Source: a virus
Lineage: Duplodnaviria; Caudoviricetes
IMG/VR virus record: IMGVR_UViG_3300027734_003164
Coordinates: 32,001-96,000 of that record
DNA: 64,000 bases
Direction: 5' to 3' (one strand)
Every line of letters begins with the position of its first letter. The first letter of the stretch is position 1. The notes below the pieces were generated by a model. It was given only the letters and a program-made list of their open reading frames with translations. It did no database searches and was not told where the DNA came from. Below are positions 46,847 through 56,182 of this stretch, piece after piece. A program made the translations under genes and the position numbers.

Positions 46847-47384
46847 ATAAGTAAATAACTAATATGTTATTGCCTTTTATTCCTTCTATTGTAACTCTTT
46901 TTGATTTTTTTTCTTCAACATTAGTCTTTAAAAACTGACCATCATTTGAAAATGCAGATGTTATTATATTGAAAAAATTACCATCTTTATTTAGTAAAAT
47001 TTCAACATAATTAAAATGCTTGTCGTCTTCATTATCCTTTCTTTTTTTAACAAAAATAATTTGATTATTTTCAGGTTTTTCAGTTTCGAATGAATTATAA
47101 ATTTTTTCTAAACTATTTTCAAACAATTTTTTTATCATGGAGTCAGGAACTGCTATTCTTGGTGGTTGTACGTATTTTGAGCGTCTAGTTGCAAGATGGT
47201 CATTATACATATCAACTAAACTATCATAACTTTCTTTACCAAACCTTTCTTTTCTTTGGTGGTAAGTTGATTTTAATTGTATCAATTTATTATCTATGAT
47301 TTTAGAAAATAAAACCGTACCTCTATCTTTTTCTTTTTTAGATTCAACTATGATGATATTTTTTAATACGGATAATAAATTCAT
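46845..47384 (-). CDS. Leader-bearing protein, possibly BECR-fold RNase-like
   Basis: Start moved to MNLLSVLKNIIIVES; STYHQRKERF near the N-terminus and NIITSAF near the C-terminus; TATTTATA at 47389. Confidence 0.6.
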   Translation of the reverse strand: MNLLSVLKNIIIVESKKEKDRGTVLFSKIIDNKLIQLKSTYHQRKERFGKESYDSLVDMYNDHLATRRSKYVQPPRIAVPDSMIKKLFENSLEKIYNSFETEKPENNQIIFVKKRKDNEDDKHFNYVEILLNKDGNFFNIITSAFSNDGQFLKTNVEEKKSKRVTIEGIKGNNILVIYL

Positions 47385-47400
47385 ATCATATAAATACAAA

Positions 47401-47535
47401 AAGGGTGAGAAAAATCCCACCCTTTTTAATTTTCCCGTACCGATTAGAGGATTTTAAACCCGACACACTAACCGCGGTGTCACGACGACTTACGACCCCA
47501 GGAGTAAGCTTCCCGACAAACACTGATACATGTCT
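47401..47535 (-). ncRNA. Small promoter-driven structured RNA candidate
   Basis: TATCTTTGTA promoter at 47548; GCTTAC/GTAAGT and GACAC/GTGTC stems; terminator AAGGGTGGGA..TCTCACCCTTTT; no ORF. Confidence 0.5.
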
Positions 47536-47587
47536 CATTGTTTGTTATACAAAGATAAGTGTTTTTTTTAAACTGCCAAAACTTTTA

Positions 47588-48403
47588 TCATAAATATTCA
47601 AATAAATCTGAACATTCGTTTCGTAGTTTACGAAGAGCCTTTTCTTTGATTTGACGAACTCTTTCTTTTGTAAGACCAAAATCTGTACCAATATCTTCCA
47701 AAGTACGAGGTGTGCCGGTAATACCATAGTAATCCTCAATAATTACTTTTTCACGCTCATCCAATACTGACATAATTTCCATCATTTTAAGTTTGAGAGT
47801 GTCCTTTGTTGAAAACATTTCATCAGGTGAAACGATATTTTCATTTTTTATTACATCAATTAATGTGTCTCCGTCTTCATTGATGTGCATATCCAAATCA
47901 ACAATTTTTGGAAGTTGTGCAAACTTTGCGGATAATTCCCCGTTAGTTTTTTCCAAAACCTTTTTTTCTTTTTGCATATCTTGTACAACATTAACCGGAA
48001 GTCTGATTGTTCTTGAATTATCATTTAGTGATTGAAGGATTGATTGTTTAATCCACCAAACAGCATAAGAAATAAAACGGTTGTTTTTGGTCCAATCAAA
48101 ATTCTTAATGGCCTTTAATAGTCCATAGTTTCCTTCAGCAATTAAGTCTGATAGGTCAATACCTTGATTTTGATATTGTTTTGCCACGGTAATAACAAAA
48201 CGTAAGTTACCCTCTAAAAGTTCTTTATAGATTAACTCTTTTTCTCTTTCAGTACAGTTTTCATCTGTAATCATTTTTGAAAGGATTTTTTCCCTTTCAG
48301 GTGTCATTACTTTTAACTTTCGAATGTCTTTTAAATAAAGTTGAATTTCGTCTTGGTTAATCGGGTTTGAAGATTTAATTTCCTCGGTTTTCTCTCTTTC
48401 CAT
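47588..48403 (-). CDS. RNA polymerase sigma-70 family factor
   Basis: QLYLKDI (region 1.2), NLRFVITVAKQY, DLIAEGN, RFISYAVWWIKQSI (region 2), TLEDIG..LTKERVRQI (region 4). Confidence 0.93.
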   Translation of the reverse strand: MEREKTEEIKSSNPINQDEIQLYLKDIRKLKVMTPEREKILSKMITDENCTEREKELIYKELLEGNLRFVITVAKQYQNQGIDLSDLIAEGNYGLLKAIKNFDWTKNNRFISYAVWWIKQSILQSLNDNSRTIRLPVNVVQDMQKEKKVLEKTNGELSAKFAQLPKIVDLDMHINEDGDTLIDVIKNENIVSPDEMFSTKDTLKLKMMEIMSVLDEREKVIIEDYYGITGTPRTLEDIGTDFGLTKERVRQIKEKALRKLRNECSDLFEYL

Positions 48404-48965
48404 AATTGTCTAATATTTGTTTTTCTTCCTCTGTTAATGACTCTATACCTTTTTCTGAAATCTTATCCAAAATTTGGTCTACAGTCGGTTTCTCTTTTTT
48501 TTCTTCTTTTAAAAATGGATTTTTAATCATGTCTTCCGTTATTGGAAATATGAACTCCATTATATTGTTCATTCTTTTCTTTTTTTCATCTGATAATTCA
48601 TCTTTTTGTACTCCTTTTGTTTTTGTTTCTTTTTTTACTCCATCTATATTTAAAAAATCTCTCTTCAATTTTCGTTCCATTTTGATGTCCACGTTTTCTG
48701 TTGCCTCCATCAAAAAATATTGTTCGACAGTTCCGTCTAAACACATATCAACGTATTCTTTCAGTTCCATAAAAGGTTCTTTGGTTCTAAAGTGTAAAAC
48801 TATGCCAAACTCACCATAATTAAACTTCAGGTATTCACTAGAAACCACCGTTATTAGCTGATACGAAATGTCCTCAATAAACTTTTCCATTTCTGTGAAA
48901 TCACCGAAAATAAAAAGCATATATCTTTTGTCTTGTGATTTCATTTCTGTTTTCTTCTTTCTCAT
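48375..48965 (-). CDS. Hypothetical protein with C-terminal VDQILDKISEKGIESLT motif
   Basis: C-terminal helical motif resembling DUF6576-type tails. Confidence 0.65.
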   Translation of the reverse strand: MRKKKTEMKSQDKRYMLFIFGDFTEMEKFIEDISYQLITVVSSEYLKFNYGEFGIVLHFRTKEPFMELKEYVDMCLDGTVEQYFLMEATENVDIKMERKLKRDFLNIDGVKKETKTKGVQKDELSDEKKKRMNNIMEFIFPITEDMIKNPFLKEEKKEKPTVDQILDKISEKGIESLTEEEKQILDNYGKRENRGN

Positions 48966-48974
48966 AAATATCTT

Positions 48975-49523
48975 TTAAACTCGTTTTGAATATGATACAA
49001 TTTGGTAAAAATCCTTTTTTCCTTCACAATATTCTAACACCAAAGTTAATAATGTTTTGAACATGTAAGCGTCTTTTGTTTGTTTTTCGCAGATGGTAAA
49101 TAACTCAATAAAACTCACAAGGGTGTCCATCTTATAATACCCATGATTGTCTAAAACATCGAACTCATATAAATGTTTTTTGTAAAAATTAAGTTCGTAA
49201 CTATTTCTTTCTTCTGTGTTGTTGAATGGTTCCGTTGTTTCATACAAAGATAATACTTTTTTTACAAACTTACCAACAATCACTTTATTATATTCACATT
49301 TTACTAAAAGGTCAGTAATCCAGTGCGTATGACTTGGTGTTCTTAAACGTTTGTTAGTTTCTTTGTATTTTACAATAAAGTCAAGTTCAGGATTTTCACC
49401 TCTTGAACCTTGGTATGTCGCAACCATAGTTCCGTCTACCATTGTATACGTAGAAATTGGTGAAAAGGTTACACCTTTTTTAGTATAAGTTAGGGTCATA
49501 ATTTTATTTTTTTTATAAATCAA
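48975..49523 (-). CDS. Unknown protein coupled to the EcoRI-like gene
   Basis: Overlaps the endonuclease stop; RLRTPSHTHWITDLLVK; no methyltransferase motifs. Confidence 0.7.
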   Translation of the reverse strand: MIYKKNKIMTLTYTKKGVTFSPISTYTMVDGTMVATYQGSRGENPELDFIVKYKETNKRLRTPSHTHWITDLLVKCEYNKVIVGKFVKKVLSLYETTEPFNNTEERNSYELNFYKKHLYEFDVLDNHGYYKMDTLVSFIELFTICEKQTKDAYMFKTLLTLVLEYCEGKKDFYQIVSYSKRV

Positions 49524-50331
49524 TACTTAATATTTCAAGGGAAGTTTTTGAAACTTCTAACATAATATCCAACATTTCAATATTGTTCCACTTATCACCA
49601 TTTCCTTTTGTGTAAATAGATGCGCTTTGTAAAACACGTAATACCGTACCATTTTTAGTTATGGATTTGTTTTTACACAAATTAGTATTTATTGGCATTC
49701 CATAATTTAAAGCAGTCAACCTATCCAATCTGTTTAATGTACCAGAGTTTGATGATAGAGTTACGTCTCTACCATCAGGTCTTGTTATGGAAATTGTTTC
49801 TGTCAAAAAATTTGAACCTTCTAAAAACAAAATATATGGAAAATGTGATTCAGAAATCATTAAGTTACGAGTTTCAATTATATTTTTTGGAGCTCTTTCA
49901 ATTGCGTTTCCAGCCACCATTAAGTCTTGATTGGATAATTTACCAACTAAAACCCCCTTTTTTATATTTTCAATATCCTTTCCTTGAAACTTTGCTTCCG
50001 TAATTAAAACTATCCTCCAATCACCATTTTTATCTTTTACTTCAATTATTCCACCGTCTGGTTTAATACATGACTTAGACACAAAAAGGGTTTGACCTAA
50101 TTCGGAGTCCATTTTTTTTAAAGAGTCATTTATTTCTTTTTTAGATACGCTTTTTCTATATCTAAAAGTAAGATGGGGGTATTCCTCTTTTATTTTTTTT
50201 AATACGTGAGTTGTAGTATTATCAACACTCGATTCGTGGATTTTTGCATCATCTCCAAAAATACCATCAACACCTTGAGTCTTTTTATGTTGGTCCGTTA
50301 ATCTTTTTGATTGTTTATTTTTGATGGTCAT
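49513..50331 (-). CDS. EcoRI-like type II restriction endonuclease
   Basis: Colinear with EcoRI as I recall it: RLTDQHK, IKPDGG, EAKFQGKDI, GNAIER, ESHFPY.LFLEGSNFLTE, TRPDGR, LNRLDRLTA.NYGMPIN; catalytic PD..EAK intact; own promoter at 50361. Confidence 0.93.
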   Translation of the reverse strand: MTIKNKQSKRLTDQHKKTQGVDGIFGDDAKIHESSVDNTTTHVLKKIKEEYPHLTFRYRKSVSKKEINDSLKKMDSELGQTLFVSKSCIKPDGGIIEVKDKNGDWRIVLITEAKFQGKDIENIKKGVLVGKLSNQDLMVAGNAIERAPKNIIETRNLMISESHFPYILFLEGSNFLTETISITRPDGRDVTLSSNSGTLNRLDRLTALNYGMPINTNLCKNKSITKNGTVLRVLQSASIYTKGNGDKWNNIEMLDIMLEVSKTSLEILSIDL

Positions 50332-50385
50332 ATTTTTATGATTTAAATATATCCTTAGAATACAAATATATAAAAAAGTTAATTA

Positions 50386-52758
50386 CTACAAAACTTTTGA
50401 CACATTATTTTCTTTTTTAATTTTTACAATACTGTCCGACCATTGCGAAACTAAGGGAGAATGTGTTATGACAAAAATCTTGTCAAAATATTCTTTAATT
50501 TTGATGAAAAACTCGGCAACCATTTCTAAATTATCATTACTTATTTTACCAAACACCTCATCGAAGACAATTATGTTGGGCTTAGGGGTACTAGCCACCT
50601 TACTTAGTACTGAACGTAGAGCCAATGAAGCGATTGTTTTTTCATATCCTGAACCTGAAACCATCAATTTTTCAATACCAGTACTATTATCAATCATAAC
50701 AAATTCCACCTCATTTTTATCGTTGATTCTAATCTCCAATTTGAAGTATGAACTATCCTCCATCAATCTTTGAAGTTCTGAATTGATTAGTGGCATCATG
50801 GTCTTCATAATCATTTTTGATATTCCATTTTTACCAAACAACTCCAAGTAAATTTTAAAGTTCTTTTCTTTTTCCTCTTCTTTTTTGATTTGTTCAATTA
50901 GTTTAAGGTTATTTTCAATTTTTTCTTGGTTGTTAGTATTACCCACCTCAAGTGTTGTGATTTCAGATTTCTTTGATGTTTTTTGTGTTTCAAGTTCATC
51001 AAGTCTCATATCCGCTTTAATCAACATCGTTTCAATTTGTTGATTGTCTTTAATCTTATCCTGTATCTCAAAATATCTTTTAAGTTTTGAATTAAAACTT
51101 TCAATTTTCAAATCACAACTTTCAACTGATAATTCGTATTTTTCCTTGATAAGTTTGTTTTTTTCATATTCATCAAACTCTTTTTTAAGTTGTACAAATG
51201 ATTGTTCTTTGTTGGATAAATCATTCATAAGTGTCGTTTTTGTGTTTTTTTGCACAATAAGCCCATCTAATTCTGCAATTTTTGAATTGGTGATTGCGGC
51301 ATTCATTAACTCAATCCCACAATGTTCACATTTAATACCACCTTCAACTGAAGACTTCAATTTGTTAATTGAAGAAATTTCCGTGTCAATTTGAACAATC
51401 TCTTTATAAACACTATTATATTGTTCTTTAACTTCATCATGTTTATCTTCATGATAAAACTCACTTGGTTCGACAACTTTAAGTTCATTTATTTTTGATA
51501 TGAATGTGCTTTTTTCGTAGTTGATTGTGTTGATTTCTTCTTGTGTTTTTTCAGGATTCAATACAGAGATTTCTTGGTCAATATCAGAATGTTTTTTCTT
51601 TAACATATCATCCCGATAATCTTTTCCTTTTTTAATTTTCTCCTCAATATCTTTCAACTCAATTTTAACTTCTTCAATTTTTTTCAAATTAGTAGAAATT
51701 GTATTTTTCAACTCTTCGTTGTTGTCTTTAAGTTGTTGTGAAGAATATACATTTGACATCTTTGATTTTGAAAAATCTCCATATACTTCTTTTGCAACTT
51801 CTTCTTTTCTTTTTAAGAACTCCAATCCCATAAATCTTGACAATACCTGACCACGAGCAGTTGGTTTTGCTTCCAACAATTCTTCAAGGTTTGATGCTGT
51901 TGTAAGAATGGTCATTAAAAAGTCTTCTTTTGTGCCAATAGAAGTTTTAATAAACGCTTCAGTTTCACGTCTTTGTTCACCGGTAAAGTTTTGTAAACTA
52001 CCATCAGATAATTTTTTAAAGAAGTCCAATTCTGTTTTTACGTTCCATTCACCTTTCTTGGACAACTTTCTTTCAATGTTTCTAACAATAATGTAATCTT
52101 CACCATCGATTGATACTTCACCTTTTACATAAACTTTATCTTTATTTGTAAATCGGTTGAATATTTCTTCAGCCTTTGTTGTTTTGGTTGTTTCATTAAA
52201 AAACAAGAACATCAAAAGGTCTACCGATAAAACCGTTTTACCTCCAAAGTTTGGTGGGTCCGATTCGACAACAACAATACCATTAAGTTTTTCAAAATCT
52301 AATCTTTGATTTTCACCATAAGATAAAAAGTTTGAAAACTCAATGTTTTTGATATACCACTTTTTAAATTGTGTGGTTTCTTCGTGTTTTTCTAAAATCT
52401 TATTTTCAACTATTTTATTAATTGAAAGGATTTCATCGGTATGACCTGTAAGACCTTTACCTTCCAAATATTGTCTCATCAGCCCCAACTGGTAGTTCGC
52501 ATCAGTTATATTTACTGACACATCTATCGTTTGAACTTCATCTGTGTTTGTAATTTTAGCCTTTGTTAAAACATTGACGTTGGTAGTGTTATACTTTTTG
52601 GAAAAGTAATGTTTAACACTTTTAATTTTGTCTTGTGTAAAATTTTCAGGCAAATCTTCCCAAACAACTTGTATGGTCGGGTTTATAAACTTTGAAAAAT
52701 CAAGGTCTTTAATCATAATATTGTAATTAAATTTTTTTGGTGGATTAAATAAATCCAT
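50386..52758 (-). CDS. SbcC/Rad50/gp46-like ABC ATPase with an N-terminal extension
   Basis: Walker A NFGGKT, zinc hook CEHC, signature SGSGYE, Walker B VFDE, H-loop ITH. Confidence 0.92.
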   Translation of the reverse strand: MDLFNPPKKFNYNIMIKDLDFSKFINPTIQVVWEDLPENFTQDKIKSVKHYFSKKYNTTNVNVLTKAKITNTDEVQTIDVSVNITDANYQLGLMRQYLEGKGLTGHTDEILSINKIVENKILEKHEETTQFKKWYIKNIEFSNFLSYGENQRLDFEKLNGIVVVESDPPNFGGKTVLSVDLLMFLFFNETTKTTKAEEIFNRFTNKDKVYVKGEVSIDGEDYIIVRNIERKLSKKGEWNVKTELDFFKKLSDGSLQNFTGEQRRETEAFIKTSIGTKEDFLMTILTTASNLEELLEAKPTARGQVLSRFMGLEFLKRKEEVAKEVYGDFSKSKMSNVYSSQQLKDNNEELKNTISTNLKKIEEVKIELKDIEEKIKKGKDYRDDMLKKKHSDIDQEISVLNPEKTQEEINTINYEKSTFISKINELKVVEPSEFYHEDKHDEVKEQYNSVYKEIVQIDTEISSINKLKSSVEGGIKCEHCGIELMNAAITNSKIAELDGLIVQKNTKTTLMNDLSNKEQSFVQLKKEFDEYEKNKLIKEKYELSVESCDLKIESFNSKLKRYFEIQDKIKDNQQIETMLIKADMRLDELETQKTSKKSEITTLEVGNTNNQEKIENNLKLIEQIKKEEEKEKNFKIYLELFGKNGISKMIMKTMMPLINSELQRLMEDSSYFKLEIRINDKNEVEFVMIDNSTGIEKLMVSGSGYEKTIASLALRSVLSKVASTPKPNIIVFDEVFGKISNDNLEMVAEFFIKIKEYFDKIFVITHSPLVSQWSDSIVKIKKENNVSKVL

Positions 52759-52763
52759 AGTGA

Positions 52764-53051
52764 TTAATCGTTTTCACCAACATTGTGAAAACCTGCAATT
52801 TGCACTTTTGTTCCGTCTTCTAATATTGTGTCATAATTGGGTGTTTCCGTAGTATCATTATCTGTACCTTCAGAAACAACATCTTCAATATTTTCAGTGT
52901 CTCCTGACATTTGTGCAAACTTTTCTTTCAATTCTTCCATTTGTTTTTGAAACGCCTCATTCCATTTCTTTCTAAGAGTATATTCTTCTTGTTTAACTTT
53001 TTTGTTTCTCTTTTGAACTTTTGCTCTATGTGCTTTTGCCGCTTTACCCAT
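52764..53051 (-). CDS. Hypothetical protein with basic N-terminus and acidic C-terminus
   Basis: MGKAAKAHRAKVQKRN. Confidence 0.6.
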   Translation of the reverse strand: MGKAAKAHRAKVQKRNKKVKQEEYTLRKKWNEAFQKQMEELKEKFAQMSGDTENIEDVVSEGTDNDTTETPNYDTILEDGTKVQIAGFHNVGEND

Positions 53052-53062
53052 TTTTATTTAAT

Positions 53063-53413
53063 TTAAAATTTATTACTTGGTCTGTTTTGTTCGTACCATT
53101 CGATTACCGAATTGATTGCCCAAACTGCACCTGATGACAAAACACCATCAAAGAACCATGAGCCCCAAATCGGTGTATTAAACATATCATTTGTTGGTGA
53201 ATAAATCAACAAGGATAATACGAACCCAGCCCATGTTGAAAAACACATTGGGCAAGATAATATCCCTGAAATAAACTCACCTAAAAAATGAAGTGGCATG
53301 AATTTATTTTCACCCCAATTTTTAAAAAAGTTTCTTAAACCCTGAAATATGGACCCATAAACCATAATGTTCATTAATCCATAACTTAAAATAAACCATA
53401 CTAAAATTTCCAT
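53063..53413 (-). CDS. DUF1360-like membrane protein
   Basis: ILSCPMCFSTW with flanking TMs. Confidence 0.6.
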   Translation of the reverse strand: MEILVWFILSYGLMNIMVYGSIFQGLRNFFKNWGENKFMPLHFLGEFISGILSCPMCFSTWAGFVLSLLIYSPTNDMFNTPIWGSWFFDGVLSSGAVWAINSVIEWYEQNRPSNKF

Positions 53414-53423
53414 ATATTTTTTT

Positions 53424-54209
53424 TTAACCGTTTAAATTGGAGCTTCCGTGAAATTTTGCGTTGATGAACGAATTATTTTTTGGTTGCTCTAATATTTTTT
53501 TTTCTAATTCTTTGTTTTTATTTTTTAAATCCCTTATTTCTGAATTTAAATTTTGGATGGTTTGTTGTAACATCTTCAACTTACCATCATCTACAGAAAT
53601 GTCTAAATTACGTCTAAGTTCGTCTAACTCTTCATCCTTTTTAGACATTTCATTTTGGAAAATATTTTCCATTTCTTTTGTTTTAATTGAAAATTCTTGT
53701 CTAATATTGTCAATTTCTGTGGTCTTAATCGAAATTTCTCCGTTCAACTGTTGTATTTTTAACAACAGTTCATCCAACTGTTCGGAATTTCTTGACAGTT
53801 CGATTTCCAACTGTTGTATTTTTAACAACAGTTCATTTTCAGTTGTTTTGTCACTAATATATTCTATTTTTGTGACAATTTTTTCAACCTCTTTAATAAC
53901 CTCAACAGGTATTTCTTTAATAACCTCAACTATTTTTTCAACCTCTTTGATTACTTCAACAGGAACTTCCACCAGTTTTTCAACAATTATCTCTTTTATT
54001 AATTGTTTTTCTTCAACTCCAACCGTTTTTAAGTCTTTTTCACCTTCATTAAGTGTTTTTCCCAAAAACCCATATTTTTTAATATCAAATCCTTGTTTAA
54101 AACATAGATAAATAAAATTATCAACGTCTTTTATTTCTTTAGATTCGCAAAATGCAGACACTGCCTGCATCATTTCTTTACTAAATATTTTGGAGTCTTT
54201 CTGTTCCAT
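53424..54209 (-). CDS. Coiled-coil protein with VEVIKEVEKI repeats
   Basis: Repeats and a long heptad region. Confidence 0.7.
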   Translation of the reverse strand: MEQKDSKIFSKEMMQAVSAFCESKEIKDVDNFIYLCFKQGFDIKKYGFLGKTLNEGEKDLKTVGVEEKQLIKEIIVEKLVEVPVEVIKEVEKIVEVIKEIPVEVIKEVEKIVTKIEYISDKTTENELLLKIQQLEIELSRNSEQLDELLLKIQQLNGEISIKTTEIDNIRQEFSIKTKEMENIFQNEMSKKDEELDELRRNLDISVDDGKLKMLQQTIQNLNSEIRDLKNKNKELEKKILEQPKNNSFINAKFHGSSNLNG

Positions 54210-54840
54210 TTATTTTATTTCTTTTTTCTAAATTTTCATACCACCATAATGGTTGTAGATTGGTAAAATGACAAAGTTTATAAATTTCTTCTTCTGTTTT
54301 AGCTGATATTAATGGTATAATATGGTCTATGTGCCAACCATTTAATCCATAATTTTCCCAACACATACCATCTTTAAATTGTTTTTCTATATGTTCTTTT
54401 AATTTTTTAGGTTCACACCCAACAATTTTAAAAGTTTCGTTATCTTGTCTTATATTTTTACTTTTTAAAAAATTTTTTACCCTACTCCGAACATTACACC
54501 TTATTTTAAATTCAATGTCATTTTTTTTTCTATTTTTTGTGTAATTATTTATTTTTTCTTTGTTATTATCTCTGTATTTTTTTGCACGTTTTTTTTGTTC
54601 CTCTTTAGTTCTATCTCTATATTTTTTTTTAGTTTCTTTATGTTTTTCAACATTTCTAAAATAAGTTTCTCTATTCCAACTATTAGTTTTTTCTTTATTT
54701 ATCTTTCGGTAATTATTTACCCTATTTCTAGTGCAATTTTTGCACTCATTTCTTAAACCGTCTTTTGAATCGGACCTTGAGTGGAAGTCGTTTATAACTT
54801 TTTCAGTATGACAAATATTACAAATTTTTGTATTTTTCAT
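54181..54840 (-). CDS. HNH endonuclease with N-terminal zinc finger
   Basis: CNIC..ECKNC; WHIDHIIPL..CHFTNLQPLW..EN.EK. Confidence 0.85.
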   Translation of the reverse strand: MKNTKICNICHTEKVINDFHSRSDSKDGLRNECKNCTRNRVNNYRKINKEKTNSWNRETYFRNVEKHKETKKKYRDRTKEEQKKRAKKYRDNNKEKINNYTKNRKKNDIEFKIRCNVRSRVKNFLKSKNIRQDNETFKIVGCEPKKLKEHIEKQFKDGMCWENYGLNGWHIDHIIPLISAKTEEEIYKLCHFTNLQPLWWYENLEKRNKINGTERLQNI

Positions 54841-54979
54841 CTTTATAATCTTTAAGTAATTTATTAACTAAAGAAGATAAATTGATGTGTAATGTTCGAT
54901 AAAATTTTAATAATTCTGGTTCAAGAGCAACAGAAACTTTGGTCTTTTTATCTTCATCTTTTATTTTTAATCTTCCCAT
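54818..54979 (-). CDS. 53-aa ribbon-helix-helix-like protein overlapping the HNH start
   Basis: MGRLKIKDEDKKTKVSVALEPELLKFYRTLHINLSSLVNKLLKDYKDEKYKNL; not in the track. Confidence 0.65.
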   Translation of the reverse strand: MGRLKIKDEDKKTKVSVALEPELLKFYRTLHINLSSLVNKLLKDYKDEKYKNL

Positions 54980-55024
54980 ATATTATAAATATCTTAATCT
55001 ATCAAAAAGTGTGAATAATATTAA

Positions 55025-55804
55025 TTAAATATTAATTAATTTTTCTGTTCCATTTTCTACGTCTTCAAAGGACTTGATTGAAAATTTTAACAGTGGTCTT
55101 GGATTGAACAAATCAACATATTTATATTCTTTAGTTTGAACGTCATAAATACCGTATCCGTGTTTTCCTATACTTTCCCCTACATTCTGCTGAATTGTAG
55201 ACCCAATCATATAACCCTTTCCCGTATTGAATTTAAACTCTTGTCTTTTATGAATATCTCCACATAAGACGGTTTCAAGTCCATCAAACTTTTCAACATC
55301 GTATGCCTCTTCACCAAAGTCAAAACCAAGGTCTGTTTTCATTCCTTGAATTGGTCCGTGAAACAATCCAATTCTTTTACCCTTCGCTTCTGTAATGTCA
55401 GGTGGTATATTTCCCTGTAGTTGCGAATAAACACACCAACTAATGTTTTCATCTTCATATACACCTCTATCTTTGAGGTATAAAATATTTTCATTATGTA
55501 AGGTATTTACAATAGGTGTAATGGAATCTAGCCTGTCTTGATTGTTTAAATTTGTATCATGGTTTCCAAGTATAATAATTGTTTTTGAAATATTAGAACA
55601 TTCAGTCAATAACCATCTAACCATCTCAATAAGTTCAGGTGTCATTTGGTTTTTAGAATGAACTAAGTCTCCAGTGAATACAATCCTATCTGGGTTTAAT
55701 TCTTTCCATTGTTCAATGGCAGTTTCCAAAATTGATTTATACAAATCGTGGTCTTTGAAAAGACGGATGTGTAAGTCAGAAAAATGTATTAACTTTTTAA
55801 TCAT
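55025..55804 (-). CDS. SbcD/Mre11/gp47-like metallophosphoesterase nuclease
   Basis: HFSDLH, FTGDL, LGNHD, GLFHG, CGDIH. Confidence 0.92.
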   Translation of the reverse strand: MIKKLIHFSDLHIRLFKDHDLYKSILETAIEQWKELNPDRIVFTGDLVHSKNQMTPELIEMVRWLLTECSNISKTIIILGNHDTNLNNQDRLDSITPIVNTLHNENILYLKDRGVYEDENISWCVYSQLQGNIPPDITEAKGKRIGLFHGPIQGMKTDLGFDFGEEAYDVEKFDGLETVLCGDIHKRQEFKFNTGKGYMIGSTIQQNVGESIGKHGYGIYDVQTKEYKYVDLFNPRPLLKFSIKSFEDVENGTEKLINI

Positions 55805-55983
55805 TTTTTAAATCTATCAAATGGTTCTTTTTTAAAAAAGTATCCTGAGATATCTAAATAACGAAGTAACTCTATGTCTCCTTCAACCGTAGTTGTACCT
55901 TTTACTGATTTTAATAATGTAATTTTGTATCCAAAACGGTTAGCCAACCATTTAATGAATAATGCGGGGTATCTTTTCATAAT

Positions 55984-56178
55984 TTAATTGTTAGGTTTAA
56001 CCGTTATTGTATATTTTCTAGTATAACTTGAATCTTCGTTTTTTACTAATACACCTAACACAGGATTAAATGCGTCGGGGTCAAACATAATCGGTGTAAC
56101 AACAACATCTAAGTTGGAGTTTTCTAATGCAATTTTTACTTGTTGAGTAATTGCCATCTCATTAATTTCTGTTTTCAT
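55984..56178 (-). CDS. Hypothetical protein
   Basis: ORF in the run. Confidence 0.55.
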   Translation of the reverse strand: MKTEINEMAITQQVKIALENSNLDVVVTPIMFDPDAFNPVLGVLVKNEDSSYTRKYTITVKPNN

Positions 56179-56182
56179 AATT

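Noticed and set aside
46722-47535. RNase P RNA, tmRNA, SRP or hammerhead identity for the two small RNAs
   Set aside because: Hallmark sequences (GAGGAAAGTCC, tRNA-like ends, the SRP loop, CTGATGA with a matching GAAA on the same strand) are absent
48975-49523. Cognate methyltransferase for the EcoRI-like enzyme
   Set aside because: No FxGxG or (D/N/S)PP(Y/F) motif, and the protein is too short
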